IMG/VR virus record: IMGVR_UViG_3300047089_000244
Coordinates: 32,001-96,000 of that record
DNA: 64,000 nucleotides
DNA from: a virus
Direction: 5' to 3' (one strand)
Below are positions 29,201-39,682 of the stretch, in pieces. Every line of letters starts with the position of its first letter. Position 1 is the stretch's first letter. A model generated the notes under the pieces. The model made no database searches and was not told the DNA's origin. It was given only the letters and a program-made list of their open reading frames with translations. The translations under genes were made by a program, and so were the position numbers.

Positions 29201-29944
29201 ATGACGATCGAGAGCAAACCATTCCTGGGTCGCTGCAAGGAATGCGACTACGCGGTCTTCGCAGCAGCGGAGGACATCGCTAAGGTCGAGGACCTGAGGC
29301 AGGTTACGGCCGGTGGCGCGGCGACTATGGTTCAAGGTCACTATGGCGTCCTTGCACGCTGCCCAGACAACCACAGAGTCTTTCCGCTCAAGCGAATTGA
29401 AGGAACCTTTAGTGAAGATTTCAAATGCGACTCGCGGTGTCTCAATGCCAAAGCTCGCAAGTGTACTTGTTCGTGCGGAGGCATGAACCACGGTCGCGGG
29501 CATGCTGTCCAGATCCAGCCCGCGACCGCTCAACCTAAGGCACAGGTGGTTACCGGGATGTCTCTCTATAAAGATGATCCTAATTGGGATATCGCGCGTC
29601 ACGAACAGGAACAACAAAAGTTCGCCAGCGAACTATCTGAAGAGGCCCAATTCACCAAACAGCATCTAGGCAAGGAGGGAGAGAAAATCTTCTTTGAAGC
29701 CAAGCTCCTGCGTAGAGTCGAGTCCGATCACTCAACGCTCTATGCATTCATGACTGAGGTTCGGACTCCTATCACGGGAGTACTTCTCGGCCTAGCGGAG
29801 ATCAAATGGTGGAAGCCAGACTTCGTGGATGACCCCGGCTATGAGATTGGTGAGGTCTACAAGCTCAAGGCCAAGGTCAAGCGCCTGGAGGATGACCCGA
29901 AATGGGGCAAGTCAACTCTCGTAACGTATTTAGAAGAGGTCTAA
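29201..29944 (+). CDS. Cys-rich Zn-binding protein with possible C-terminal OB fold
   Basis: CDSRCLNAKARKCTCSCGGMNHG. Confidence 0.65.
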   Translation: MTIESKPFLGRCKECDYAVFAAAEDIAKVEDLRQVTAGGAATMVQGHYGVLARCPDNHRVFPLKRIEGTFSEDFKCDSRCLNAKARKCTCSCGGMNHGRGHAVQIQPATAQPKAQVVTGMSLYKDDPNWDIARHEQEQQKFASELSEEAQFTKQHLGKEGEKIFFEAKLLRRVESDHSTLYAFMTEVRTPITGVLLGLAEIKWWKPDFVDDPGYEIGEVYKLKAKVKRLEDDPKWGKSTLVTYLEEV

Positions 29945-30358
29945 AGGAATGGTGAAGATCTGATGGTGAAATACTCATTCTACATCAAAGGCAAGCGCAA
30001 AGAAGTCCATGCTCCAATCCTCAAGTTCGTGATCATCTTGTTACTCATCTTGTTCGTGATCGTCTCAATGCCGTTACATCTCGTTTGTTGGTTCTTTGGC
30101 CTGCGGGGATTCTACCATAAGGCCGACAAAAGCTACCAATTCCAAAACCCATTCAGGAGGGTCTGAGCATGGCGGGTAGAACGATACACGAATTGAACCT
30201 AACGCGCAAAGGCCGTACAGGTTCGCTAACGAAGAACAGGCGCAAGAAACGCGGGATCAAGTCTCGCCTAACCGGAAAGAGCATCGTTCCACAGGGGTCG
30301 AGACCTCCCCAGACATCCAGGTCTGACCGAGAGCCCATACATCTGCTAGACTGGGGAT

Positions 30359-30658
30359 ATGGAAACCATGAATGATCTACAACCAAAGATAGTCCCTGAC
30401 GATGATCCTACTGATGAGCAGCTACAGCTTGCTTTCAAACGGGCGTGTCGAGAGTTCGGGGACTGCGTAGCAGACTACGAAAGCGACGAGTTCAAAAGTG
30501 AGTTCCACGAGCAACTTGAGCGTATCCTCAATGAAGAGGCGATATCAGGCTTGATCGATAAGGGGCTCATCACGAGCGTTGTTCGAGAGGACGGAGAGAT
30601 TGGCTATAGCGTCACTCCCGTCGGACAACAGATCACCGAAATGAGCAAGGATCGATGA
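30359..30658 (+). CDS. Hypothetical protein (winged-helix-like C-terminus)
   Basis: GLIDKGLI...YSVTPVG. Confidence 0.5.
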   Translation: METMNDLQPKIVPDDDPTDEQLQLAFKRACREFGDCVADYESDEFKSEFHEQLERILNEEAISGLIDKGLITSVVREDGEIGYSVTPVGQQITEMSKDR

Positions 30659-31023
30659 ACATACGCATCTGCCCGACGTGTGGGGAGACGCAGCATCTTG
30701 AAGATTACGGACGCAGAGGAGCCCTATTTATCCACAGCGCAACTGGCCAGATGACATGTCCATCACAAACACAGGAATACGACGATGGCAAAGGAATTGA
30801 CGGACGCACACAAGCAAAAAATGCAGGAGGGCAAACATCGCAAAGCCAAGATTGAGCGCGAACAGAAAATCCAGGAACGCATCGAAGGCAAGCGTTGCCA
30901 GTGCGGTATCAAGCCCTCGATGAATGATGTTGAACTGAGGGCGCTCTACCCCGGTTGTTGTGATCCATCACACGTTTGTCCGGTGCTCGATGGTGTAATG
31001 AGAAGTATCTATACTTACGTATA

Positions 31024-31356
31024 ATGAAAGATATGACGGATACAGAAGTAGCGTGGCTTGCGGGATTGTTAGAGGGAGAGGGCACTTTCTTTCTTCATAA
31101 TGTACGGCTTCATTATTGTTATCCAGCTATGCATATCGCTATGATTGATTATGATATAATTGAGCGCGTATCGTTGATCCTTGGACGCAAAATCCAAATC
31201 CCTAAGAAACGACAACCTCACCACAAACAGCAATACAAGATTGCTATTGCTGGCGTGGATGCAGAAAAACTCATGCGCATCATACGACCATACATGGGTA
31301 AACGCCGAGGAACAAAAATCGATAACTTACTAAAAATGTCGAAAGGAATAGTCTAA
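31024..31356 (+). CDS. LAGLIDADG-type homing endonuclease-like protein
   Basis: VAWLAGLLEGEGTF; AT-rich relative to its flanks. Confidence 0.75.
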   Translation: MKDMTDTEVAWLAGLLEGEGTFFLHNVRLHYCYPAMHIAMIDYDIIERVSLILGRKIQIPKKRQPHHKQQYKIAIAGVDAEKLMRIIRPYMGKRRGTKIDNLLKMSKGIV

Positions 31357-31548
31357 TGCAACGGGTGGTAGTGAGTAGTAGCACAGGACGCCTCTACACC
31401 TACGAAACCGACTTTGATGTTTCGGAGGGCGATACGGTGCTTCTGCCACCGGGCATGTCAGGCGAGCCTTGGGAGGGTACCGTCACATCGTGCGTGACCA
31501 AATATACAGGACCCTGCAAGCAGATCCTTGAAGTAATAGAAGACTAGC

Positions 31549-31989
31549 ATGCCCACCTATGCCCAAATGCGAGAGGTCCCGCCGCCCGGTGTTCCCGATA
31601 CCGCTAAATACGGAACCGGCAAGACCTCCGCTATTCCCGAGGACATCAAGCGCCTGCTAGACCCAGGTAAGAACACAGATCCGGACCCCGGTCCAATCCA
31701 GTGGCTCTGGGTCTATGACCCTGTGGAGAACGTCGTCCATATCACCCACAACGAGGGTCGTCATCCGGCATATCGCATCACGCATAAGGACCATCACCCT
31801 GAGATCACGCACGAGAGTTCCCTGCGAGGATTCGCCTTCAAGATCAAGGGCGGTTGGCGCATCGTGGATCGCGCAAGCAAAGAGATCGATGATCCGTACA
31901 TCACGCACCTAGTGGTCGAGAAGCTCGAAGGTGAGCCTGATCCTCAGCCAGGGGGGCATCCTCGCTATCATGGATTACCCCATGTCTAA
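31549..31989 (+). CDS. Putative late/virion protein
   Basis: Late-type motif GATC-N6-GTAA at 31523-36; His-rich WVYDP..H..H domain. Confidence 0.55.
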   Translation: MPTYAQMREVPPPGVPDTAKYGTGKTSAIPEDIKRLLDPGKNTDPDPGPIQWLWVYDPVENVVHITHNEGRHPAYRITHKDHHPEITHESSLRGFAFKIKGGWRIVDRASKEIDDPYITHLVVEKLEGEPDPQPGGHPRYHGLPHV

Positions 31990-32750
31990 GATATCGATAC
32001 GACCCGAGGCTGTAGAGGCCGCATTTAATCTCCATCTTCTGCGCAGCGGTGGCCATTTTGAGGAAGTGCGGTCGCAGTCCGAAGAGAAGATGAGGGCGGA
32101 TGTCGAAGAGATTATCGCCACTTTCTGCGAGGTAGAAGGATTGATGATGGCGTTTGACTGTGCGGGGATAGATGACCAGATTGTTCGTCCAGATAGGCAG
32201 CGTTTAGTGGGTAAGTGGCGCGATGTAGGGGAGGGGCGATGACTCGTCAATATCGCGTTGTTCGTGTAGAGGTGTCCCCAAACCCCTATAAACATTCCAA
32301 GGCTGAGCGCACACGCCGGGTCAGCCTCGGCTACGTCGATTCTGTCCTCGATATTGCCCGAGCACGCCTACGATTGGAGATAGAGAAGCAGTACGCTCAT
32401 GAAAATCGAGACGATTTTGATGGGGTGAATTCACCACAAGTTAGTTTTGAGATCGAGGAATGCGATGTTTCCTCTTGGAAGGTGGTCAAGAAACGATGAA
32501 ACACAACCCTGGGTGGATTCCGCTGTTCCTGATCCTCGCCATCACCGCGACCTATTTATTGATAAGGTGGAATCCATGACGCTCATGGAGGACTGCTTTG
32601 CCCCGCATACTAACACGGCTGATTCGGGCATGCCTCATGAAAGCTTGGTCGAATACATCGCTCAACTTGAGCACGAACGCGACGCCTATAGGGCTCAGTT
32701 AACGGCCACATTGAGAGAGCGGCTCATTCTCGGCGAGAAGCTACAGATCC

Positions 32751-33035
32751 TCAGGTCTGCCGCAACTTAGCCTTAGCCTTGCGATGGCGAGGATGTTCCT
32801 TATCGCTACGGAACCAACCGCGTGACGGATGATCCTTGCTGTGAGGCTTACAGACCGGATGGCCATCCTCGTCTGGATGCCAACTTAGGCGCAGACAGCC
32901 GTGTTCGTGACAGTTGTGCTTGAGCCAGAAGGACGCGAGCCCCGAGAAGATCCCGCCGACCATCAGGAAGGAGAAGTATTCGCTGACGAGAGGAGTCGTG
33001 GACGGCAGGAGGTTGGCGAGTACGAGAAGGATTAT
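32751..33035 (-). CDS. Membrane protein with Cys/His Zn-binding C-terminus (probable ATA start)
   Basis: GAGGGG SD plus ATAA overlap with the PLD stop; hydrophobic N-terminus then HNCHEHGC..H..CKPH. Confidence 0.6.
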   Translation of the reverse strand: MILLVLANLLPSTTPLVSEYFSFLMVGGIFSGLASFWLKHNCHEHGCLRLSWHPDEDGHPVCKPHSKDHPSRGWFRSDKEHPRHRKAKAKLRQT

Positions 33036-33622
33036 AGCCCCCTCGTGGCACCCTGTTCTTGGCCAAGAGCAACGAGATGCTCTTCATGAAGCTCTTGCGC
33101 GAAGCGAGCAACCTGGATCGGATGGATGTGGAACGTGCAGGTGTTGTTCTGAGCCTTGGACTGGCCCTTGGTCCCCTCGCCCGATTCGCTCCAGTTAGTG
33201 CTGCCCTCCCACGCCAGAACAGAATCAAGGACGCCTCCCTTAGTGTGGCTGATCTGGTGAGACTTGCTCTCCCCGATAGCAAATGACGCGCGGACCTGCG
33301 GGGTCCAAGCTGCGAGGATCTTCTTCTCGTGGACGCCACCACTCTGGCTCTTGTCGAGCGTGCCGACGACGGACACGTTGTCGTTCGTGATGAGGTTGAC
33401 GATCTGGGCATCCAAGGCGTCATCGTCATAGCCGAACATGTTGAAGACGAGGGACCGTGTACAGCGGCTCAGGACGTACGCCAGGGCTCCATGAACGTCA
33501 TCGCGGCCTACGTATAGGACGCGGTAGTCAAGGCTGTCAGAGGGGCTGAAAGTGCCCTCCTGCGTGAACTGGGCGAGGTCGTCTAACTTGAAGGTGTTTA
33601 GAGGCGCTAAGGTTTCAGTCAT
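33032..33622 (-). CDS. Phospholipase D-superfamily (single HKD) nuclease/lipase
   Basis: HTKGGVLD...GSTNWS; late motif upstream. Confidence 0.85.
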   Translation of the reverse strand: MTETLAPLNTFKLDDLAQFTQEGTFSPSDSLDYRVLYVGRDDVHGALAYVLSRCTRSLVFNMFGYDDDALDAQIVNLITNDNVSVVGTLDKSQSGGVHEKKILAAWTPQVRASFAIGESKSHQISHTKGGVLDSVLAWEGSTNWSESGEGTKGQSKAQNNTCTFHIHPIQVARFAQELHEEHLVALGQEQGATRGL

Positions 33623-33657
33623 CGTCCCTTATGTCGCAGAAGCGCTCTATGAAGTGT

Positions 33658-33686
33658 TTGACTTTCGCTACGGATTTTGATATACT
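33658..33686 (+). promoter_or_regulatory. SigmaA-like promoter (example; TTGACT-N17-TATACT), leaderless ATG at 33694
   Basis: Canonical -35/-10 spacing; back-to-back with the late motif at 33629-42 on the minus strand. Confidence 0.7.
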
Positions 33687-33966
33687 ATCTATCATGACCC
33701 CAGCCGAGAAGCTAGTCGCAAAGCTAGTGACCGCTCATGAGAATGGCTATCTTACGGCCGACCCGACCCGTCTATTAACCCCGAGTATTGGACCGAGTAA
33801 TCATGAACTTGACCGAACGACTACGTTATCGTCGCTGGCGTAGAAATATCTTTTGGGGAATGCTATTCGACCAGCTTGGGGGCAGACGTGCTTGCGTAGG
33901 TCTACTGCGTTCTAAACACACTGTCTGCTATCTGCTCAAGGATGCTGAGCGCAAAGGGTACTATCA

Positions 33967-34479
33967 ATGATCGACATGACCACACACTACGACCGCCTCT
34001 CTGACCGAGTGGATCACGATGGCGATCCGCGCTATCGATACGACGACGGTGGTAGGTCCGCAGCGGGCTACAAAGGCACCACGGGAGATTGCGTGGTTCG
34101 GTCTATCACCATCGCCACCGAGTTGCCCTATCAATCTATCTACGACGCATTGAACATCGAGGCCAAGGCCAATCCGATCCCTTGGGGGCGCGGGCCAAAG
34201 AAGCGCATCCTACATTCCTCGGCACGAACGGGCGTCCATCGCAAGCACTACGATCGATTCTTGAAGGATCTGGGCTGGCTCTGGACACCAACGATGACCA
34301 TCGGCTCAGGTTGCCACGTCCACCTCTTGCGCGATGAGCTTCCATCTGGTAGACTCATCTGTCGAGTGAGCAAGCATATGGTAGCAGTCATTGACGGAGT
34401 GATCCACGACACCCACGATTGTTCGCGGGGTGGCACTCGATGTGTGTACGGCTACTATAGTAAACCGGAGGTATCATGA
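33967..34479 (+). CDS. Putative papain-fold cysteine peptidase-like protein
   Basis: GDCVVRSI...KHMVAVIDG..HDT (Cys/His/Asp). Confidence 0.6.
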   Translation: MIDMTTHYDRLSDRVDHDGDPRYRYDDGGRSAAGYKGTTGDCVVRSITIATELPYQSIYDALNIEAKANPIPWGRGPKKRILHSSARTGVHRKHYDRFLKDLGWLWTPTMTIGSGCHVHLLRDELPSGRLICRVSKHMVAVIDGVIHDTHDCSRGGTRCVYGYYSKPEVS

Positions 34480-34617
34480 ACGATCGCCCTAAGCCGACAG
34501 CTATTAGCGTGGCAGTACCCTCAGGCGTCGGATGTGGGCGCTGTGGCTGTCGGCCGCGTGCTGCTCTTGATATACTATGTTCGTCTTGCCGACGATATGT
34601 AGATGAGAAGGAGAGTC

Positions 34618-34995
34618 ATGCAACGTAGAGTATTCAAGTACCCGATCCAGGTCGAGTCGCGCCAGATCATTCAGATGCCAAGGGGCGCTAAGATCCTGAG
34701 CGTTGGTCGTCAGGGTCCGTTGCCATTCCTTTGGGCTATGGTGGATGAGGATCAACCTCATGAGGCTCGCGTCTTTCGCAATCTTACGACTGGCGAGGAT
34801 TTCAATGCTGAACGTCTATCCTTTGTTGGTCGCGTCCAGCTTGGCGGCGAAGGTAAACTGGACGGCTGGTATGAGTGCTTCGTTTTCGAGGTCGAAATAG
34901 CGCTCCCTCAGTACAATCCTGACCCTATCAGTGACCGCTTTCAGGCGGACATGGACGAAATCAACCAAGAGATTCGAGAGGCGGTGGCGGTATGA
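34618..34995 (+). CDS. Phage hypothetical protein
   Basis: FKYP..MPRGAKILSV..Q..LWAMVD..TG motif common in phages; SD AAGGAG. Confidence 0.7.
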   Translation: MQRRVFKYPIQVESRQIIQMPRGAKILSVGRQGPLPFLWAMVDEDQPHEARVFRNLTTGEDFNAERLSFVGRVQLGGEGKLDGWYECFVFEVEIALPQYNPDPISDRFQADMDEINQEIREAVAV

Positions 34996-35807
34996 ATGTT
35001 GAGTTGAAGCACACTTTGACCGTGGATGCCAAGGCATGGTACATCCGATTCTATGTATGGCTGTATGAAGACAAACTGGACCAGATCACTTTCTGCAAGC
35101 TCTTCTGGGCATATGTATTTGCCCCGGTTGTGCTAATTTTGAAGGGTGTGATCGAGGGTGTCTTTGCCATCAGAGAGTCTGCTCGGGCCTATGCCAAGCG
35201 CCCGCGTAAGACCAAACCTGTACCCACCAAGTCGTTTAAGACTCCAAAGCCCGTACGCCCAAAGCGCGAGCCCGCTCCGTGGCAGATGGCATTCCTACAT
35301 GCGACTGAGACGGCAGGTAGCAAGACCGTAATGGCTCTCCAGGCTGTGGGACACGCTCTCCATCCTCTTTGGGCCTTTACAAAATCAAAACTATTTGGGC
35401 GCATCCTGCTTGTACTCGGAGCGCTCATCGGAGTAGGCATCTGCGCCGGGATAGTCGGGTTTATTATTGCTTTCTGGAGTACGACCCAGTATGTCCTCTA
35501 TGGCCTTATAGCCATGACGGCGGTAGCTGCTCTCATCTATCTACTGCTCCGCAAAGGATTCACATTCATTGGTAACAACTTGAGGAAGACATTACCTTTC
35601 TGGCGATGGCTCGATTATGCCTTGGTGGATGTGAGAGACTTCCTGCGTCTTGATAAGTTCGAGCGTGGTGTCAAAAAATCTGGTATGAGCTTTGCTAAGG
35701 TTATGAAGATCGGATACGTGGCAGTCAAGTCCAACACATGCCCGCGCATTGAGGTATTGGGCGCGCCGACTGATTCGACATCGAGCAAGGAAGCGAATCA
35801 AGCATGA
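34992..35807 (+). CDS. Membrane protein
   Basis: FCKLFW and CPRIEV motifs with transmembrane segments. Confidence 0.7.
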   Translation: MNVELKHTLTVDAKAWYIRFYVWLYEDKLDQITFCKLFWAYVFAPVVLILKGVIEGVFAIRESARAYAKRPRKTKPVPTKSFKTPKPVRPKREPAPWQMAFLHATETAGSKTVMALQAVGHALHPLWAFTKSKLFGRILLVLGALIGVGICAGIVGFIIAFWSTTQYVLYGLIAMTAVAALIYLLLRKGFTFIGNNLRKTLPFWRWLDYALVDVRDFLRLDKFERGVKKSGMSFAKVMKIGYVAVKSNTCPRIEVLGAPTDSTSSKEANQA

Positions 35808-36016
35808 AGCTTGTTGCTCTCATAGCTACAACTGTTCTGGGCCTCATTGTTTTGACCGGATGTGGTAAAGAAGAACCAAGTACTGAAAAGCTCAATGCTG
35901 CCTGCGTAGGACATGGCGGCGTTTATCACGTTGAGCGCCACGAACGCGGCGAAAGCGAAAGCTACATGTATCTGTTCCTGTGCGAGGATAAAACGGTCCA
36001 GAGGATCTACCCATGA
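35804..36016 (+). CDS. Small lipoprotein
   Basis: Signal peptide with lipobox LTGC. Confidence 0.65.
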   Translation: MKLVALIATTVLGLIVLTGCGKEEPSTEKLNAACVGHGGVYHVERHERGESESYMYLFLCEDKTVQRIYP

Positions 36017-36354
36017 AGGGCCAAGCTGGGCATCCGCTTGAGCATACTCTTAAAGAGTTTGAGGTCAAGCTATCGCGACGCAATCTACTCTCCCTGCTTC
36101 ATAAGCTGGACTGGGAGGACTCTGAGCGTACGCTTCAGAAGCATCTCTATCCGAGCGGGATCTTATTGACCGTCATAGCCGAGGGTGATGACGAGCACTA
36201 CGGAGACAATGAGGCCGGAACCATGCACGATGAGACAGAGCGTTTCATCGAGGAGTATACGGATACACAACGCCAAACTCAAGAGCAAGATGAGAGCAAT
36301 GAGGCAGTCAGATATGTTGCGGGTCTTCTAGAGCGATGGGAGCCTAAGATATGA
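36013..36354 (+). CDS. Hypothetical protein
   Basis: LSRRNLLSLLHKLD motif; ATGA coupling. Confidence 0.65.
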   Translation: MKGQAGHPLEHTLKEFEVKLSRRNLLSLLHKLDWEDSERTLQKHLYPSGILLTVIAEGDDEHYGDNEAGTMHDETERFIEEYTDTQRQTQEQDESNEAVRYVAGLLERWEPKI

Positions 36355-36845
36355 TCCTTAGGTATGGAGATATCATCATGGTTCGTACAAACCATTTCAT
36401 GAGCAAACTCATTAGATTTGGTCAGCGCGATTATGGTCCAGAGGCTAGTCGTTGGAATCATTGTGCCGTATATATAGGTAACTTTGAAATAGTCGAGGCA
36501 TTGACTAGTGGTGTTGTTAGGAGTCCACTCAACAAGTACCCAACGACCGATACTCGTGTACTGAACCCGTTGAAAAGTTCGCTGCGCCCGAATGCTTGTG
36601 ATGAACTTCTACGAGCCAATGCCGTTTCATTTGCGCTCTCATGTATCGGAGAGAAATATGGCTTTCTAACCATCTTTGCCATCGCCTGCAAAGTTCTAAC
36701 TAAGGGCAAGATCGACTTTAATCTTCAGGGTACATCTATTTGTTCCGGACTATCCGCCCGCGCCTGTGAGCGCTATGGATTTAACTTTAATCCATTTGAC
36801 CCTGCTGAGCTTACTCCCGCATATCTTGATACTGTACTAGCTTGA
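36351..36845 (+). CDS. YiiX/YebB-like permuted papain (NlpC/P60) enzyme
   Basis: GDII, WNHCAVYIG, EAL, KYGF and ICSGL motifs. Confidence 0.8.
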   Translation: MILRYGDIIMVRTNHFMSKLIRFGQRDYGPEASRWNHCAVYIGNFEIVEALTSGVVRSPLNKYPTTDTRVLNPLKSSLRPNACDELLRANAVSFALSCIGEKYGFLTIFAIACKVLTKGKIDFNLQGTSICSGLSARACERYGFNFNPFDPAELTPAYLDTVLA

Positions 36846-36852
36846 TACGTTG

Positions 36853-37074
36853 CTAGCGTTCCCCTCGTATTTCTTCGAGAGCGATTTCCATTGCAGGTAA
36901 GTTCGCCTTGACATCGCAATCAAGACATCGTTCAAGGGCATGTTCAACAGGAATTCCACACCCTGACTTGCACTTGAAAATCTTCTTCTTGCCTAAAGGG
37001 TAACCAGGCCACCACCTAGGAATGCCGAACCCCGCCGGGAACTCCTCATCCTCGCCATCATCGAAGTCGTACAT
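36853..37074 (-). CDS. Small Zn-binding protein
   Basis: ATG just after the 843-aa gene stop; CKSGC..CLDC. Confidence 0.5.
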   Translation of the reverse strand: MYDFDDGEDEEFPAGFGIPRWWPGYPLGKKKIFKCKSGCGIPVEHALERCLDCDVKANLPAMEIALEEIRGER

Positions 37075-37075
37075 A

Positions 37076-39604
37076 CTACGTCTTCCCTGCCTCTGCAACC
37101 TGTGCCCAGACTTCCGGTGTGGAGAGATGGGTCTGTTCTGTGGCGTGCTGCATGAGGGTCTGTCCGGGCTGTCCTGTGATGCGCTCTCCGGTTTGCGGAT
37201 GCGTGAACCAAGGCGTACGTAAGATCGCGCTCGTCTTGAAGACGCTCGCCATAGCCTGGAAGGGTACCTTGGTCTTTGGCGAGTTGATCGTTTCGTCCCA
37301 TTCTTCGCCCACCTGCTTACGTGCGGGTTCGGTATTCTTCCACCAATCGGGAGCTTGACCATGCCAGTTCTGCTTGTGAAGAACCGCCTCTGCCGCGTTG
37401 ATTGGCTGTTCCTTGGCCTGCCAGTCAATCGAGTCGTACGGTACAGGGTCCAGGACGCGCAATCCTGAGTGATCCTGGTGTGACCCTTCCCCTGTACGCT
37501 TCATGTCCCACATGCCCCACTGGAAGGTCCCTAGCGGGACGTGGCCATACCCTGCGGCGTCACGACCGGCTTGAAGTTCACGCTCGTACTTGAAGTAGTC
37601 CCGAGTGTTCATCTCCTTGTCGTAGTTGTGCCCGAGCACATCCATGATGTGAGTATCGATGGTGGCTAGCTGAGAAGTCGTAGGCTGGAGCAGGAGCCAC
37701 GCGAATGAGGCCACCTTAGGACCGACGCCAGAGACACCTAGCTGGAGCACAGCAGCGCGGAAGTGATGTCCACTGCCGTCATGTTCATGTACATCTTCGA
37801 GCGCGGCCTTGAGGAGTGTATCAACGTGTGTAGAGATTTGAGCGATAGCCTTAAGATGTGTTCCCATGAATGCGCCATAGCGATCAAGTTTCTGTTGTTT
37901 GAGTTGCGGTTCGAGCGGGAAGAGGGTGTCTTCGCCAGTCGGCGTCTTAGCAGCCGCCGTGAAGAGATTGGGCTGGTCATACGCCTTGTGCTCGGCGAGG
38001 AAGGTTTCGATCTTCTTAGTCAGTGCAGCGTTGGCCTCTTTTTCGACTTCAAAGTGGTTCATGCGACTCTCCTCGGGCAGTTTCTCGTCTGCCTCCATGA
38101 TCCGCTCCTGCTCTTCCTGCTCCCAGTCAAATAGCTCGTGCTGTGCTCGCTCTTTGGCAGCCTCCCAACCGCCCTGTGGATTGCGATCGTAGATCATGCG
38201 CTCGAATTGGGGTACGAGCTTGAAGTAGGGCCTGTGCGAGAAGCGGGCGTTCTCGCCGAAGTTCTTGACGTTCCAAGCCTGTCGCTTGTTCTCCAGGGAG
38301 TTCCAGTAGACCGATGGATCTGTGGCTCCAGGGGGGACGCCAGAGATGTCCTGGTAGTGGATCGTGTTCCAGCGCAGATCCTTGCGCGGGCTCAAGAGGA
38401 CCGCTCGGAATGCGTTGACGATGGCAAGCTTCATACGTTCGTAGTCTGGCTCGTTCTCGCCAGTCTTGAGCTTCGCCCACTCAGTATCAATCAGAGAAGC
38501 GTTAGTAATCGTGTCCTGGGCCTGGAGAGGGTCCCCGTGGTGCAGGTAAGCGTTAGGTTCCATCGGCTGGATACCTGTTTGGTAGTTCGCGTTAGGGTCC
38601 GCGAGCGTCTGATCCACATCCTGGCCAGGAAGAACAGATCCTATTCTGCCGATGTCCATACCAGGTACATAGTTCATGTTGACCGGCATCCCTTGCATTT
38701 CCTGTTCGTGTGGAGCAATATTATCCTTAGGGAGTCCGACAGGTTTCGATGGTTTTATCGCAGGCATAGCTGTTGGAGCTACCGACTGCGAAGGATGGAT
38801 GCCCTGGAAGTTTGGGTGGACTCCTTCTGCTTTCTGCGCAGGCTCATAGAACTGCGGGAATAATGCCACCTTATTAGGTCCAAAGTGACGATAGTGGGCT
38901 GCATAGGCGCTCTGTGCGATGCACTCTGAGAAGAGCGCCTTCTGCGCCTCTGTTGATAAAAGTGGGAAGTGAGCGGCACATGCTTTGTTCTCTCCTTCCC
39001 ATCCGAAATCGCCTCCCGACACTCCGTGTCCAAGAACATCATGGACGATGCGGAAATTCACATTCTGCTCTGGTGTCCATATAGGGTGATCGCAGTTAGC
39101 TGTGGACACAGTATAGTGCTGGCGTTTGTGGATATCATCAGCTTGGTCTTGAGCATTGACATACGGCTCAGGGTCATTCGTTTCCTCAATGTGGAGTTGA
39201 TTGCGCAGGACTTCCGCTCGACGTGTCGAGTCGTCGGCAAGGGCCTTGAACGCCGCTGCGGCCTTCGGATCGTAGACAGGAGCCTTGGCATAGGCTTCAG
39301 CGATAGGCTGTAGCTGGTCAGACCAATCAGCCTTCCACATACCAATGCGTTCCATTGCTGCGGTGCGCATGTGGTTCTTGCGCTCGATGGCGAGCAAGAG
39401 GTTGCGGACTGCCATTCCCTCGTCCGGCCCGGTCTTCTCGATCTCGTCGCCGTAGGGGTTCTTGGCGGAGGCTACATAGCAGTCCTCCTTTTTGTCGAAC
39501 TTGACCCTCTTGACGCTCCAGCCGGAATCGCCAATGCGTGTGTAGAGGTCCCGAAGGTTGTGGCTATAGACCAGGGAAGAAGCGGTGACGTTTAGACGCG
39601 GCAT
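37076..39604 (-). CDS. Polyvalent protein: zincin-like HDxxGH domain plus HhH (OGG2-like) DNA glycosylase domain
   Basis: FRIVHDVLGHG..F...GE; GVSGVGPKVASF...ATIDTH; late motif upstream. Confidence 0.7.
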   Translation of the reverse strand: MPRLNVTASSLVYSHNLRDLYTRIGDSGWSVKRVKFDKKEDCYVASAKNPYGDEIEKTGPDEGMAVRNLLLAIERKNHMRTAAMERIGMWKADWSDQLQPIAEAYAKAPVYDPKAAAAFKALADDSTRRAEVLRNQLHIEETNDPEPYVNAQDQADDIHKRQHYTVSTANCDHPIWTPEQNVNFRIVHDVLGHGVSGGDFGWEGENKACAAHFPLLSTEAQKALFSECIAQSAYAAHYRHFGPNKVALFPQFYEPAQKAEGVHPNFQGIHPSQSVAPTAMPAIKPSKPVGLPKDNIAPHEQEMQGMPVNMNYVPGMDIGRIGSVLPGQDVDQTLADPNANYQTGIQPMEPNAYLHHGDPLQAQDTITNASLIDTEWAKLKTGENEPDYERMKLAIVNAFRAVLLSPRKDLRWNTIHYQDISGVPPGATDPSVYWNSLENKRQAWNVKNFGENARFSHRPYFKLVPQFERMIYDRNPQGGWEAAKERAQHELFDWEQEEQERIMEADEKLPEESRMNHFEVEKEANAALTKKIETFLAEHKAYDQPNLFTAAAKTPTGEDTLFPLEPQLKQQKLDRYGAFMGTHLKAIAQISTHVDTLLKAALEDVHEHDGSGHHFRAAVLQLGVSGVGPKVASFAWLLLQPTTSQLATIDTHIMDVLGHNYDKEMNTRDYFKYERELQAGRDAAGYGHVPLGTFQWGMWDMKRTGEGSHQDHSGLRVLDPVPYDSIDWQAKEQPINAAEAVLHKQNWHGQAPDWWKNTEPARKQVGEEWDETINSPKTKVPFQAMASVFKTSAILRTPWFTHPQTGERITGQPGQTLMQHATEQTHLSTPEVWAQVAEAGKT

Positions 39605-39682
39605 CACTTATTATCCTACCAGAAGCGCCTAGATAGAACCTCACCGTGTACATGGCGATCTGGGCATAAGCCCGAAGATCCA

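Noticed and set aside
31024-31356. Group I intron or intein around the LAGLIDADG ORF
   Set aside because: The flanking small ORFs are complete and translationally coupled, and no split host gene is evident. It appears free-standing.
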